64,000 bases of DNA, from assembly GCA_964247055.1 (NCBI GenBank), contig OZ176054.1, positions 9,114,001 through 9,178,000 on the forward strand, given 5' to 3'. Below the pieces are notes generated by a model that was not told the origin of the DNA, searched no databases, and saw only the letters and a list, made by a program, of their open reading frames with translations. The DNA is from Paragordius varius. Lineage: Eukaryota; Animalia; Nematomorpha. Shown here piece by piece: positions 1-13,100 of this stretch; position 1 is the stretch's first letter; each line of letters starts with the position of its first letter. The translations under genes were made by a program, and so were the position numbers.

Positions 1-1229
1 TCAAACATTCATTAGAGAAGAAATGGACACAATAACAACGGAATACGAAAAGGTGCTAAAAACTACGACGAAAAAAGACAAATTTTGTCCAGATAATAAT
101 GATAATAGTATTAATATTAAACGAGAAAAATATATGGCATTAGACAAGGATAAAACACAATACCGTACACCAAATGCAATAAATAAAAATAGTGCTCGTG
201 ACGGAGAGAATAAAGCTGAAACCAATCCGACAAATGATAAATTTTCTGAGATAATACCCTCTCGCATTATTTATGATACGGTTAAACTTTTTCAAAGTGC
301 GGACCAAAACCACAATACCAAAAATCATACGAAAACCACAAAACAACCTAGCAAGGTAAATAATTATGATAATTTTATGTAAAATTTGTTTATACGTCTG
401 GCTGAAAATCAAATTCGATCAATATTTTTTAGTTATTCTAGTCAATTGTTCGAGAACGATAATATAATAGGTTAAGGTAATTTAATATTTGTACTTACAA
501 AATCACATTTAAATATATTAGCTATAGGTAAAAAACGAAGAAAAAATAGTTAATATTATATTACTCAAACAATATGCAGAGACCGATTGAAAAAACTAAA
601 ATTGGCAATCCACAATTTCTAAAAACAAGCACTAATACCTCCAACACAAGCAATGAGAGACATGAAATCTCATCAAAAAATTCCTTAAAAAATTCACGAC
701 CACCCCGCCAAACCCACAGTTTAAGGGAATTAATACAGCAATTTGATGAAAAATCAAGTAAAATTTTACATAAATAATGATAATTATCAATATCATAATG
801 TTACAATATATTTTGACACAAATTGTTAAAAGGAAATTATTTTAGAAAATGACCTTACGTTTTGACCGTATCATCCAATATCACAACATTGTGGCCAATT
901 TTTTTGAATGCAATACATACTTTTAATGAAATCCTATATACACTGTGCATAAAATCGGTGGAAGTCATCAATAAATATGATAAAAAAATTTTTATAATAT
1001 ATTATTTTATTAGGATATATATATATAATTTTGTAACAAAAATTGGAAGCCACCCCCGCCCCTAGTTTATTGTAAATTTTATTTCAATATTAAAGTTATT
1101 ACTATTATTTTAGTCGGAAACGAAAGTGTAGCCGATTCTGTACCCAATTTCGCAAACTGCGATGACAAGAAAAATAGTCACATTTCTATGCAGCAAAAAT
1201 TTCAACCTAAAAAATTTCCAAGGAATTAG
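1..1229 (+). CDS. 3' part of an unidentified low-complexity (Asn/Lys/Thr-rich) protein gene, probably spliced
   Basis: ORFs 23-382 and 574-777 are polar and low-complexity. Plausible donor AAG|gtaaat at ~355, acceptor gcag|AGA at ~580, donor TCAA|gt at ~758 and a phase-compatible exon 1115-1229 (IGNESVADSVPNFANC...). No recognisable domain. Confidence 0.35.
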
Positions 1230-1679
1230 CGATGGTAAATTTCTAACTCCGCAATATCTTGAATGAAAAAATGCAAATCCCCCTTTTAACCTGCAAAAAT
1301 CTGAAAAAAAGAGAAAACTGATATAAATTTCACCAATTAACCAAAGGGTACCGCAGTAAATAAGGAATTAACTGATTATGCCATTTTATTATAAACTAAC
1401 AATACAGTCACACCAATGATTTATATTAGACATTTATTATAATTATAAACAAAGAATAAATAAATATTAAATTATATGCATATTTTTATATTAATATCAC
1501 TAGACAACAATTTTTTCTGCCATTCGAGTTTTTTGCAATTTCTGATATTTAGTCTCATTTTGACAGTAAATCTGAAATAAAAATTATAACTCGTTGGAAG
1601 AATTTTGTATAATTTGATTTTTTCGATTATGCGCCCTCTTTATCAAAATTTTACTACAAAATGTTTTTCTTTGAAAACA

Positions 1680-2600
1680 TACAAGTAATGCCCATTTGTA
1701 ATATATCATTCGAAAGAGTAATAAAAACTCTATAAAATGCATACTAATATGTATTACATTGACAGTTAATATTGGACACAGAGAGCGACAAACGCGCGAA
1801 GCGAGAGTATTTTTTTTATTATTGTTTTTTTAAAAATAATGGATTAAAATAGCTCAAACTTTGTCTAGATGGTGATGAATGTTCAAAAAAGATAACACAA
1901 GAAGTTTTATTGATTAAAACATTTTTTCATTGCTTTTATGACACTCAAAACAGCCATTTTTAAAATTTTTTGTTTTTTAAAAAATTACCATCTCATCAAT
2001 ATTAATTTATTTTCTTTACAAGGCTGATAATTTCGAAATTTTAAAGATAAAAACAAAGTTTAAGGTATTTTTGATCTTTTATAGCTATTATGTAATAAAT
2101 TTACAGTTATAACTATGGATTTTAGTATCCATTAGGTAAAATATTTATGATAATAATAATTTTTATTAAAAAAGCAAACCAACAGCTTTTTAAAACATTT
2201 TTTTTAAATTAAATACTAATATAACCCTAATAATTATATTGAAATAATTCATAGGATTCTTAAATTAGTTTGTCTGTGAAAATTCTTGACTTATTTAAGG
2301 ATTGAAAATTTCGACCATTAAAATCCAAATAACTTTTACATCCAATTGATTTAAATGACTTACTACCATTTAAAAGATGCAGTTTTTTGCGCTCTTTCGA
2401 ATGATATAAAATACATGGCTTCATATCTAAAACTTTTAATTTTCGAAATTTCGAGTTTAATGTTAAATCGGGGCCAAAAATTATCGATAAACTCTAATAG
2501 AAAAAATTCTTGCATGCTAGACCAATTTTCTTTTCAGATATACTAATTATGTACTTTAACAAAATAAATTTAAAATTTACAAGAATGGCAGTTAAAAAAG
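1680..2600. mobile_element. Degraded non-autonomous DNA-transposon-like sequence
   Basis: Exact 17-bp inverted pair tatatcattcgaaagag (1702-1718) / ctctttcgaatgatata (2392-2408) in non-coding DNA. True termini not resolved. Confidence 0.35.
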
Positions 2601-2762
2601 TTAAAATTTGTTGTCTAGTGTATAAATCAAATGTTTGTATTTGAGTTGCATTTCTCTAATTTCTGCTTATTTTCGTTAACTTTACGGTAATGCGAAATAA
2701 GGAGCTTATAAAATATTAGACAAAGAAAAAAATAATAAAATAGAAGTTATATATATGTCCAG

Positions 2763-5700
2763 TTACACATCACCCAAATCTGTTTTTGCCTTTTTTCCAT
2801 CCTCCTTAATAATATCTAAGACAAGATAGGCTGACCCATAGGAATAGGTAATGCCATGGCCCCCATGTCCATAGTTATGAATCAATTTTGGCCTTTTTTC
2901 TGGGTTATTAAGCGTAAAATTCTCATCCAATTCTATGCGAGGTGTTGAATTGTTAATTGTAGCTTGACGGTAAGGTCTAAGTCCGGCCCATTCTTTCAGT
3001 ATTGTGGAGCGCTAGTAGTGATAAGATTATAAAAGAGTTATCGATATATCGATAGATAGAAGCATGGAAAAAAGTGAAATGTGCGGTCGAAAAAACAAAT
3101 AAAGTTGAAAATATTAGAATATATATGTAAAAAATTCAATAATCTAAATTGCAATTTAATCATGTAAAATATTTAGCATTGTTTTCTGGAATAGTATTAA
3201 TAAAATTGAATTAGGGACCACTCCAAAAATTCATACATAAATTAATTACAAAGCTGCTTTTAGGTTATATCAATGTATAATAAAATAAATTGACAATAAT
3301 AATAAAATGTAAAAAAAACTCGATTAATATTTCGTGAGCACATAAATGATAAATATATATATGGACTTGTGGTGACAACATTATATTGAATTAAAAAAGT
3401 TATTGTATTAACTTGAATTCCTGGGATTATTGCAGAACATCTTTCCATAATACCCTTTGAAACGTCTCTATCGATATTCGTATCATGATTTCCTATCTCG
3501 CGACTGCCCCCCAAAACCACGGTATTTGCGCTAAAAAACACATGAGGTCCAAAATAAAGTTAGGGAACAATAACATTATGCAAAATCATAATTTACGTAT
3601 GTTAAAAATTTGATTACCCACAAATATATTAAGCCCAAAATATGATAAAATAGACAAAAGCAAAGAGATATAAATATAGAACGATAAATGAATGTATAAG
3701 AGAAAACAGATCGTCTCAAAACTCGCTGGATAAATAAAGTTAAATATGATATGGCAAAACTAAATAGGAAAACACATGCCTATAGAAGGCTAGTTTACGG
3801 TATATGACGGCTCAAAAGATAATAAATATCATATACATATAGTGTAAATGATATCATAAAAAAAATTAAAATAAAAAAATCGACCCTTTTACTAAAAAAA
3901 TTGGCCAAATCTCTCGATACATATAATTATCTTTATTAGCAGCTATTGAATCATAAATGAAATTTTGTTGTTATTCAAATGTTTTCTTCATTTATTACTA
4001 TTATCAAATGAATATTGTGAAGGGCTCATACGAAGTTACAAAAATTGTAAATGCTTTAATTAATCTATATATTTATAAAAATGGAAAATGCTGGCTTTGT
4101 GATCTGTTTCCGGTAAACTATTCAAACTCAAATATCGAAAAAATATAATCATTAATGAATCCTCCGACAATAGATTCGCCCTTTTTTGAAATAGGCCCCC
4201 AGTTCGGGCCCATCCCGTGTGATAAACGGGTTTTTTTCAAAACAGAAACCCACAAAAATCATTTGAGACAATTTCCGGAGAACCTGTTGGACCATTTAAT
4301 TTCAAATATGATTTTTTATTTATTTTCGATTGCGCCTAACATAGTCGGCTCACTTTTTTAATTTAGGCCCTCTTTTTACCCGCTCCCCCTGTAAAATGCC
4401 ATTTTTTTCAAAGAGTCCAGAAAAATAATTTTATAAATCTATTTTTCGCCCAATGTATAAGACCGTAAAAATTCAATAAGGATTCTAGATATTCCCTGTT
4501 AAAAGGCAAAAATTTTAGTCAAGCGTTTCTTTGATGATAGCTGCTGAGTAAGGAGCTACCCGCGAAAAACTGATCGGTCATATCGAAATAGCGTGCTTTT
4601 GGGGCTAAATTTCAGAAAATCTATCAGGCCATATGAGTTCAATAGCTGCTTCAAGTATTACCCGTAAGAAGTCAAAAAATTTAGTCGAGCGGATTTTTTG
4701 AATTAGCTGTTAAATAGACCCTTTACCCCCTAAAAAATGCGCTATCATTGAACTATTATTTAGTTTTGAAGCCATTCTTCCATAAACTATTAGGAATGAA
4801 CGATGATTCCAGGTACAAAGGCAAAATTTTTTATCTAGCTATATTTTTATATTGGCCTCTGGGTAGGGGGCTACCCGCCTACAACTGCGCCATCATATCG
4901 ATACAGCATGCCTTTGGAGCCAAATTTTAGAATATCAGACTATGTGAATTCTTTTAAAACTTCGTGCCGCATAACAAAATTGCTTACAAAATCAAAAATG
5001 CCTCCTCCCCACCGCTAGTTTATGATAAAAAATTATGTAAAAAGGTGATTAAGAGAAAACGAAAGAATTACGTTGGTATGATATAAGTGTTAAAATCAGT
5101 GGTTTCTCCATCAGTTACATACCAGAATTGTTTTATCCACGGTGCAGATATCTATTCAAATAATAACATAACATATTAAACAAAAATTACGATATAGGTC
5201 TGAATTATCATATGTATTAAAAAATCAGAGATATAAAAATAATTATAATAATAAATATCAATTAAAAAACCCGTGTGACAGAGTAACGATTTGGTAAAAA
5301 TCAATGATATCTTTAATTTATGATATATTATTTGCACTTCAAGAGTGTCTTTGACATTTCAAGGGTCCTGATCACTTCAAATTGGTCCTTTGACTTTTTT
5401 GTTTTGTTTTTAGCTTTTATCAAACAAATCGTGTCCCATTCATCTATTTTATCTTAACCTATTTTCTATTATTAACCATAAATTTTAAATTAATATCAAC
5501 TTTTAATCATTAAGAAACCTTAATGTATTATATTTCCTATTTTTCATTGAAATTATAAATTCATAATTTTGTAAAACAGTAAATTTAAAACAGATTATAA
5601 AAAATTTATTTTGGAATGAATAAATATATAATAAAGAAAATCAAGTTAAAGATAAAAAAATAAAAATATACATGTAAATATTATGGATAAATCAAAATTT

Positions 5701-6744
5701 AATAATTTTATAGACCAACTTGAAGTGCTCAAAAACCAATTTGAAATGTTTAAGGACCAACTACAAAGGACACTCTTGAAAAGCAAATTATATATAAAAA
5801 TTATATACACTAGCAATAATTGGACGATGCGCATATATGTTTACGTTAAACAAATTTGTGTATACATATAAAACAAATCAATTTAATTCGTTAATTTTGT
5901 TTTACAGCGATTTGACTTTATCTATGTTTTATGATTAGACCTATATATATGGATTAAGAGTTGTTACAGTTTTTTATTGAAATGATGTACAAAAACCTAA
6001 TAATATAATAAAGTATTAACCCGTATAATTTGCCCTTTAACGGGTACCATCTCATCTTTATCTAATTTATAAACGGTAAAATATACTGGAAGAAAACTTG
6101 AATCCGTTTATACCGCAACAGTTAATAATGTAATCAAATGTTAGTATATTTGGAATCTAAATATAAAAATATTGTACATCATCCAAAGTTTCAATATTTT
6201 TTTGAATAAACGTAAAATTTTCTTTCGCTTTAAATGTGTTGAGCAAATATGGCAAATATTTATAACATTCGACACAAAGCGTGGTAAATGTACAACCATA
6301 CCTTATATTATACTTTATCTTACATTTTATGCGTTTGCAATTTTTTTAAACAATTATCTGAGAGCTTAGTATAATTTATCACTATTTGATTGTACCAAAT
6401 ATTCTAAAAATATATTTTCAAATAACTTCTATGATGTGCTTATTATCAGAAAATTGGTAGCCAGATAATAGGGATATACCCATATTATCAGCGTCATGAT
6501 CCTTAAACAATTGTAAATATTTTGTAAATGATAATTCAAATAATTTCCTACTTATACATGAAATATACCTTCCTAACTTACATGATTCTAAAGGAGGACG
6601 TAGTAAACCGGCAGCTCCATTACTTGTTGTTTTTTTATTGATCGATTCAGATATTAATGTAACTTTTACATCAGTAATCTTTTCAAAAAGAGTTTGAACG
6701 CATGTTAACCCCACAATACCAGCACCGATCACACATATTTTCAT
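2763..6744 (-). CDS. D-amino-acid oxidase / D-aspartate oxidase family flavoenzyme (multi-exon)
   Basis: N-terminal FAD motif MKICVIGAGIVG, TTSNGAAG, NCCG, VPVKGQIIR, exon 5072-5151 ISAPWIKQFW...YIIP, exon 3413-3530 TVVLGGSREIGN, last exon 2763-3011 EWAGLRP...IHNYGHGGHGITYSYG. Introns of 21 nt (6157-6177) and 25 nt are GT-AG. Confidence 0.92.
4155..5020. repeat. Relatively GC-rich non-coding insertion with internal degenerate repeats in a DAO intron; probable non-autonomous transposon
   Basis: Recurrent motifs such as aaaa(t)ttagtc.agcg...tagctg and ctacccg/ttacccg at ~4510-4562, 4640-4720 and 4822-4877. No exon of the host gene is needed here. Confidence 0.35.
5324..5794. mobile_element. 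MITE family 1 (TATACCATTTGCAC TIR), degenerate copy
   Basis: Left end tatattatttgcacttcaagagtgtc and right end ggacactcttgaaaagcaaattatata; internal sequence resembles the copies at 9262, 35267 and 62713. Confidence 0.75.
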
Positions 6745-6772
6745 GCGCACGTTAAGTCTGCTGACGATATTT

Positions 6773-7028
6773 TAACCCTTCGGTACAACACATTCATTTC
6801 AGTCCTCAGGTTCAAATTGTGTTTAGAAACCCCAGGCCTGTTTAAAACCAAATATTTCTATATATAACAAATTAAAACCATTGCAAATGTTGCACTTCTA
6901 AAACGTTAATTTACCGAAATATAAAAAAGTTATATTTATTATGGATAAACCTCAAAGTAAAAATTTAGTCAAAATAACACGCGTGCATTAGCTAAATATA
7001 AAAATAATATATGCCAAATTCGGGGTTA
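6773..7028. mobile_element. piggyBac-like non-autonomous element (TTAA-flanked), partial or degenerate
   Basis: Starts ttaaCCCTT and ends ggggTTAA. First ~230 nt resemble 54630-54900 and 59180-59420 (aacacat..atttcagtcct...aaaccat.gcaaa...aaaaatttagtcaa). Confidence 0.45.
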
Positions 7029-7039
7029 AATAGATTGAG

Positions 7040-8480
7040 TTTCGGTATGACCACTAGGAAGTATTGAAGGCTTCCTGTGTGTTATAATATTTTTGATATT
7101 TTCATTTAGTTCTTTAGCCACCAACTTTACCATCCCATTACTTTTATAATGTAGAAATTAACCCTAATTTGTTTAATACCCAAATTCGTTAGAATGAGGA
7201 TTGTATAATTGTACCGTCCTTGGAAGAAACCCAAATTTCAAATTTGTGTAATACCTTTACAGTCTTCTTTTAACAAACCTTCTGACCACTTCGATGCGCT
7301 GTTATAAGTAGTCGCCTATAATAAATATCAGCCAGACGAGCGATATCAATGTGTACACGCTCCCTTATCAGCATTATTTCCTTTAAGTGGGTTTACATAA
7401 ATTTGCTTGTTTTTGACACGACCTACATTGACTATACTTTCTTACCAAGTAATTGTGGCCAAAAACAGGTAATCCTGGCAATTGCTTTCATCGTTTTTAC
7501 ATTATTATGACCGCTGTGCTAGTATTTACCAAACTCGCCTGCAGACATTCCGAAATCGATTCGATAAACTTAATAACTCGTATTGATACCCAATTCTCTC
7601 CGGTTCGTACCAGCCAAATCAATATCCTCCAATTTTGATTTGACTTAAATGAACGTTACAGTTTTAGAAACCTTAAATGTCTAGCTACCTTGTACCATAT
7701 CAACTATGTCAACATTATTTTCCCCGGGATACCACGAAAACGGCTCGAAATTTCGGACCCGCCTGATAACAATATAAGACCATATTCATTCATTTCATTT
7801 CGCATTTCTAAATTCTTTCGAATTTCTGTTTGATCAACCTATGGTAGGTGGTCACTCAAAATCTCATTTTTACCATAAATGAAGTTATGCAACTTTAATG
7901 CAAATAATAGCCTTTAATTCTCTTTCGATCGTAGATTAATTCAGTTCTGCGGTACTACACTTTCTGAAACCATAGGCAATCGGTTTCCTTTCACCTTTTA
8001 CCGCATGACTTAATATACACCCAAACCCGATGTCTGAGGCAGCGGTTTCAATTACTAACTTTCTATCGGGATTGTATGGTGTAAACACTTGCCATTGCTC
8101 TGTCGTAATCGATTAACCTTATTACCATTGCAATAATTAGTATTATCATTATTGTTATTAAGATCGGCCCTAGCATCCTCATGTGCTTGTACAAGGTCAA
8201 CTATTGTTTCTAGTGGCACGGGTTCCGCATGTTGATTTCGGCATCGGGGTACTTTGAATATTTATCCATTTTAAGTTGAGGTTGCGTTTAGCCAATAACG
8301 AATGTTCCCTGATACCTCAATATATTCCTTATTGGCCTCCTCGGCTGCTATCTTACCCCGATCTAAGAATTGCGTTAAGGTTTCAGCATTACGTATCATT
8401 TCCATATACTATCTATTATTTAATCCAACAAACTGGTGGCCAATTCCGAACGAACATGACAACGCCAACTGCCAATCTCA
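7040..8480 (-). mobile_element. Decayed Ty3/Gypsy LTR retrotransposon (gag remnant, RNase H, integrase; protease and RT core missing)
   Basis: Minus-strand translation with stops and frameshifts: RNase H LVIETAASDIGFGCILSH...KPIAYGFRKCSTAELN*STIERELKAII...SDH (7840-8100); integrase zinc finger HSGHNNVKTMKAIARITCFWPQL...CRSCQ and ERVHIDIA (7350-7520); gag-like ETLTQFLDRGKIAAEEA (8330-8400). Confidence 0.85.
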
Positions 8481-8729
8481 TTAAAAAATATAATGATTAA
8501 GTCTGAGGAATAAATCGACTACATGATAAATTTTATGGGAACCAAGATTTCAGTAACCAACCAAGCACTCAAACGTGGCTCACTTATGGTGATCTGTTGG
8601 TTCGTAAAATCAATCAAATATTATAACTCCGAAAAATATAGGATGCAACGTGGGACAAGATGGGGCAACGGGCTTAAAAATTTTCAGTCCAAAAAATCTA
8701 AATTCCAAAGTTGATTTGCATTTTCGAAC

Positions 8730-8965
8730 TTGTGCTATAAACTTTTACCAAATTCTTAGGGCGGGTTAAGATAGCAGCCGAAAAAGCTAAGTTAACGTGA
8801 AATACGTATCAGGGATGCATTCGTTATTGGCTTAGGGCAACCTCGTTTGAAATTTATATACATTTTTGAGGCACCCCAATGCCGAAATCAACGGGCAACG
8901 CGTGTCACTTTAAACAATAGTGGACCTTGCAGCACACGAGGCTGCTAGGTCCGGTCTTAATAATT
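8730..8965 (+). mobile_element. Second, inverted and diverged Gypsy gag fragment
   Basis: Plus-strand sequence aligns by eye to the reverse complement of 8150-8390 (taagatagcagccga, cattcgttattggct, atgccgaaatcaac, gatcttaataa) and encodes IRDAFVIGL, a typical gag motif. Confidence 0.65.
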
Positions 8966-9261
8966 TATATTAAATTCATAACGATATTCGAATCATACAT
9001 CCAAAAATATAAAAATAAAAGTTATCCGTGACAGGATTAGCTTCATACTTGTTAACAAGGATTAATTACAACTTTGCAATTTGTATAAATCCTACTAACA
9101 ATATATAATATCAAGAATTGTTTTAATCATAGACATTTACAATGTTACAGTATGCACATTTATTCTCTCTGATTCACATTATTGTTGGTCATTTCGTAAT
9201 ACAGTAATGTGTGTTATAATAACTTTGTTCATAATGAAATAAACATAAAAATATTGTGAGA

Positions 9262-9906
9262 TATACCATTTGCACTTCAAGAGTGTCCTTGAACAGTTCA
9301 AGTTGGTCCTTGAACACTTCAAGTTGGTCTTTTAAATTATAAATTTTGATTTAACCATAATTTTGCATTTATTTTTTTATTTTATTATTTATTAACCTAA
9401 TTTTCTTTATTTATTATAGATTTATTCATTTAAAAATAATTTTTTTTTGAAAAACCACTTTTTTTGTTTCAAACTATATTTTTTCAATTGAACAAAATTA
9501 TTAATTTAAAAGGTTTTTAAATTTTAGTTAATAACTCAGAAAACTTATATATTTTTTCATTTCGTGTTAAAATCTTATAATTATCCAAAATCATTTTAAG
9601 AAAATAATAAAGATATACGGTTTCTTAAAGATTAAAAGTTGATATCGATTTTATATTTATGTTAAATAATAGAAAATAGGTTAAAAACAATAAAATAGAT
9701 GAATTATTTACGATTTGATTGATAAAAGTTAAAAACAAAACAAAAAAGTCAAAGGACCAACTTGAATTGTTCTAGGACCAACTTGAACTGTTCAAGGGCC
9801 AACTTGAATTGTTCAACGACCAACTTGAATTGTTCAACGACCAACTTGAATTGTTCAAGGTCCAACTAGAACTGTTCAAGGACACTCTTAAAGTGCAAAT
9901 GGTATA
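9262..9906. mobile_element. MITE family 1, full-length, with 21-bp subterminal repeat expansion at the right end
   Basis: TIRs tataccatttgcacttcaagagtgtccttgaac / gttcaaggacactcttaaagtgcaaatggtata; about 6 tandem units of ggaccaacttgaattgttcaa at ~9755-9885. Confidence 0.92.
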
Positions 9907-10137
9907 GGAAATTGTTTAATTTTGGGATGTTGTTTTTTTCATACGCTACTGTGTTGCAAGGTGACTAGCTATAATGTAAATGGGCCAACATAAATGTCGA
10001 TACTGTAAAATTTGTTTATTGTTGTATAGTAAATATATTAAAATTTATTATTATTATATCATTGTGATGGGTTATAATATTTTATTGCATAGACTCGCAT
10101 TTTAAGTGATCAAAAATGTTATCAGAAAAAGGATCTT

Positions 10138-13100
10138 TTATGATTTGTTTGAGTTTGGCAAAGTTATGTTAGATTGGGCGGCCATAATGTGTCTTGGAGA
10201 GTCTGCAAATATATATTTGAGTTTAAATGCCTCGGCCAATATCATGCTAATTTCTTTTTCTGCCCAATGTCTGGTTGGCAAATTTTGTATAAGTAGCATA
10301 ATGCCCTAAATTGTTTGAAAGCAAAAATATGGTAGATATTAAAAATATACGGTGTAAATATAAAAGTCCAAGTTTTAAATGGTGTTATCGGTATTGAAAA
10401 TCCGTGAAATAGTGGTAAATTAAAATCTAATTCGTCAATAGTAATCGTAAACCAGTTTCGTGACAAAATTCTAAATACTTATGATAACCCCAAATAGTAA
10501 AAAAATCATATTTAATCCATAATTTTTAATATGTTATATTTAATAGCTGTTGTATCTACTATATTGTCTTTTATTGAAAATAAACTTTCATTTTTCTGCG
10601 AAAATTTATTACTGTATGTTTAATCTATTTATAAACATATAAGTATGTATTATCTAAACACATGCTATCGTATAAAAAATAATATTTTCAAATATTATAC
10701 TTGGAAATCTTTTTCATTCAAAAGCCTTTGAGACCAATCATTTAAAAACGCCGCACACACATATAAATGGAAATGGGAAAATCCATCTGGTTCTGACTAT
10801 AAAATAATGCATTTTAATAAACGTTTGGAATAGTTTTATTCTACTGCAAATATAGTTTCAAACATTGCCACACCAGGAACATTTATATTGGGGGTTTCAA
10901 AAAATTTAAATCACATAAATCATATAGTATACAAAAAAATAATTGTCAAATTTTTTTCATAAAAAAAATAATTTTTCACCAAATAAGTATCCCAAAGTCT
11001 GATGGAACATTTGAGAGGAATTTCACGCATCAAAAGATTGTTCATCCACCGAAAAGAAAATTGTAAAAATTCAACTTCATTGTTAGTGAGATGATTGTAG
11101 AGTGATGCTTAATAAAGTAAAAAATATTTGATAAATAATGGAAATTTCGTTTTCAATGGTAAAATAAAATGGGTTATTAATTATAAATTAGTTTTAAATG
11201 CATATAATATTTTGACTAATTATTAAAAGTTTATATGCATTATAATTAGACCAATGTATTAAAAAATTTGAATATTGAAGCGATAAAACAAATACAAATA
11301 AATTTTATAAAAAAACATTAAAATTGAGACTATTAATAAAAACAGTCAAATTCACAATTATTTGTTATTAAAAATAAATAATGTAAAAAATTTAAAAAAT
11401 ATTCGTTTAGATTGGGTTAGGTTTCTTAAAATTTAAAAAAAAAATTATTTATTTACAAGTAATTTATTTTATATATTCATACCATTAATACGGGATATTA
11501 AATGCTTTAAAGAATTGACCTTTGCTTGTATGCCAGGTTGAGCAAACGTATAATTATCCTAGAAGATTTAAGAAAAAATATTGAATCAAATGTAAGTTAA
11601 CTGAATAGATACTGGTTATTCAAAATTATATTTTAATAAAAATATGTAATATAAAAGCTTAATTAAGGTTTAACTTATTTAAAAGTAAATTTTTAATCAC
11701 AAAATATGATGACCCATTATTTTTTTAAAGATTTAAAACTAAAAAGCTAAAAAAAACTTTTATAACTAGTTAATTAAGAAGAAAAATAAGTAAATGTTAG
11801 AATTATTTCAATAAAACGTATTTAATCAACTAGTTTCTATTTGGTTGAGTTCCAAAGAATTTTTCGCCAAAAATATTTTTGAGTTATTGTTTTTCAATCA
11901 AATGATCACACTTTTTTAATTCAGGTATAACTTATTATTTTGAAATTATCGATAAAATTTTACAAATAAAGCTTATAAACTTTAAAAATATTTACATGCT
12001 GCCTTAATTCAAATATAGGAAAACAAGATTCAAATAAAATACAAAATAAGGTTTACCTTGTAACAACTTCAAAAACCAGAAAATTAATTAAAAAATCATT
12101 CTTTCAAATCCAAATTAAAACCACAGTTCCAAAAATGACCGATTTTCAAAAAACTAATGATTCCGGTCCAATTAATAAAAATATAAAACTTTTTTGATAT
12201 ATAACGGATTTTGTATTAATTTCGTTTATGTACCTGAATACCATTTAAAAGGTAAGAAACACACCAAAAACTATCAGCTTCCAAATTTTGACGTGTTTCA
12301 AGAGACAAGGTATTAATATCAAACGTATCTACACTGGTACCTAAAATATTTTGTCAATAAAAAATGATGGAAAGACCCAAAACTTATTTTGTTATATTGG
12401 CGTCATTTTTTATTTCCTAAATTAGTAAATCAATGAAAAAGCATCCAATTTGAAAATAAAAATATTGTCCTTAATTCAAACGTATACTATGATTAAACAG
12501 CTCGAATCTACAGAGATAATTTTTTGTGCATGATTTTAGTTTTTGTATTGCTTCTGAAATAACCGTATACCTATACAAAAATCTCAATCCACACTATTTT
12601 TACCAAATATTGTATTAATTATTATTATTTATATTATCGATTCGGAAAAATTTCCTATATTCCATTGTTTTCTGAAATAAACTAACCTGCTGGTACATAT
12701 TCAGATAGAAAAACAACAAAATATGGTGTGACCAAATCATTTATGCCCTGGACATAACCACTAGCGGGGTGTCGCATTGCCCATATGTAAAGGATGCGTT
12801 CAAAGATCTAACATAAAATCATGGGAGAATAAACCTTAGTAATAGTAACAATAGGTATACCTTTTTGAAACTATAATATTTTTGATTTTCTATATAGATA
12901 TATATAATTAAATTAAAATTTTTTAAAATTTATAATGTATATTAGCTTTGTGTTTTCATTAAATCTAATTACAAAGAAATTTCCAATATCCATATTTTCA
13001 AATAATATCAATCTAAAAACAATATGGTTGACTATAAAAATAATTTCGGGAAAATATCGAATTTCTGGTATGTTTTAAATAAGATCTACTCTAACATCAA

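Noticed and set aside
9755-9885. 21-bp repeat arrays as a possible CRISPR array
   Set aside because: Units are contiguous with no unique spacers, lie inside a TIR element, and the context is eukaryotic with no cas genes.
10242-10466. ORF containing LPLFHGFS, reminiscent of a transposase FHAFTGCD motif
   Set aside because: The GCD residues are absent; the region is TBC1D22 intron plus the last exon read in another frame.
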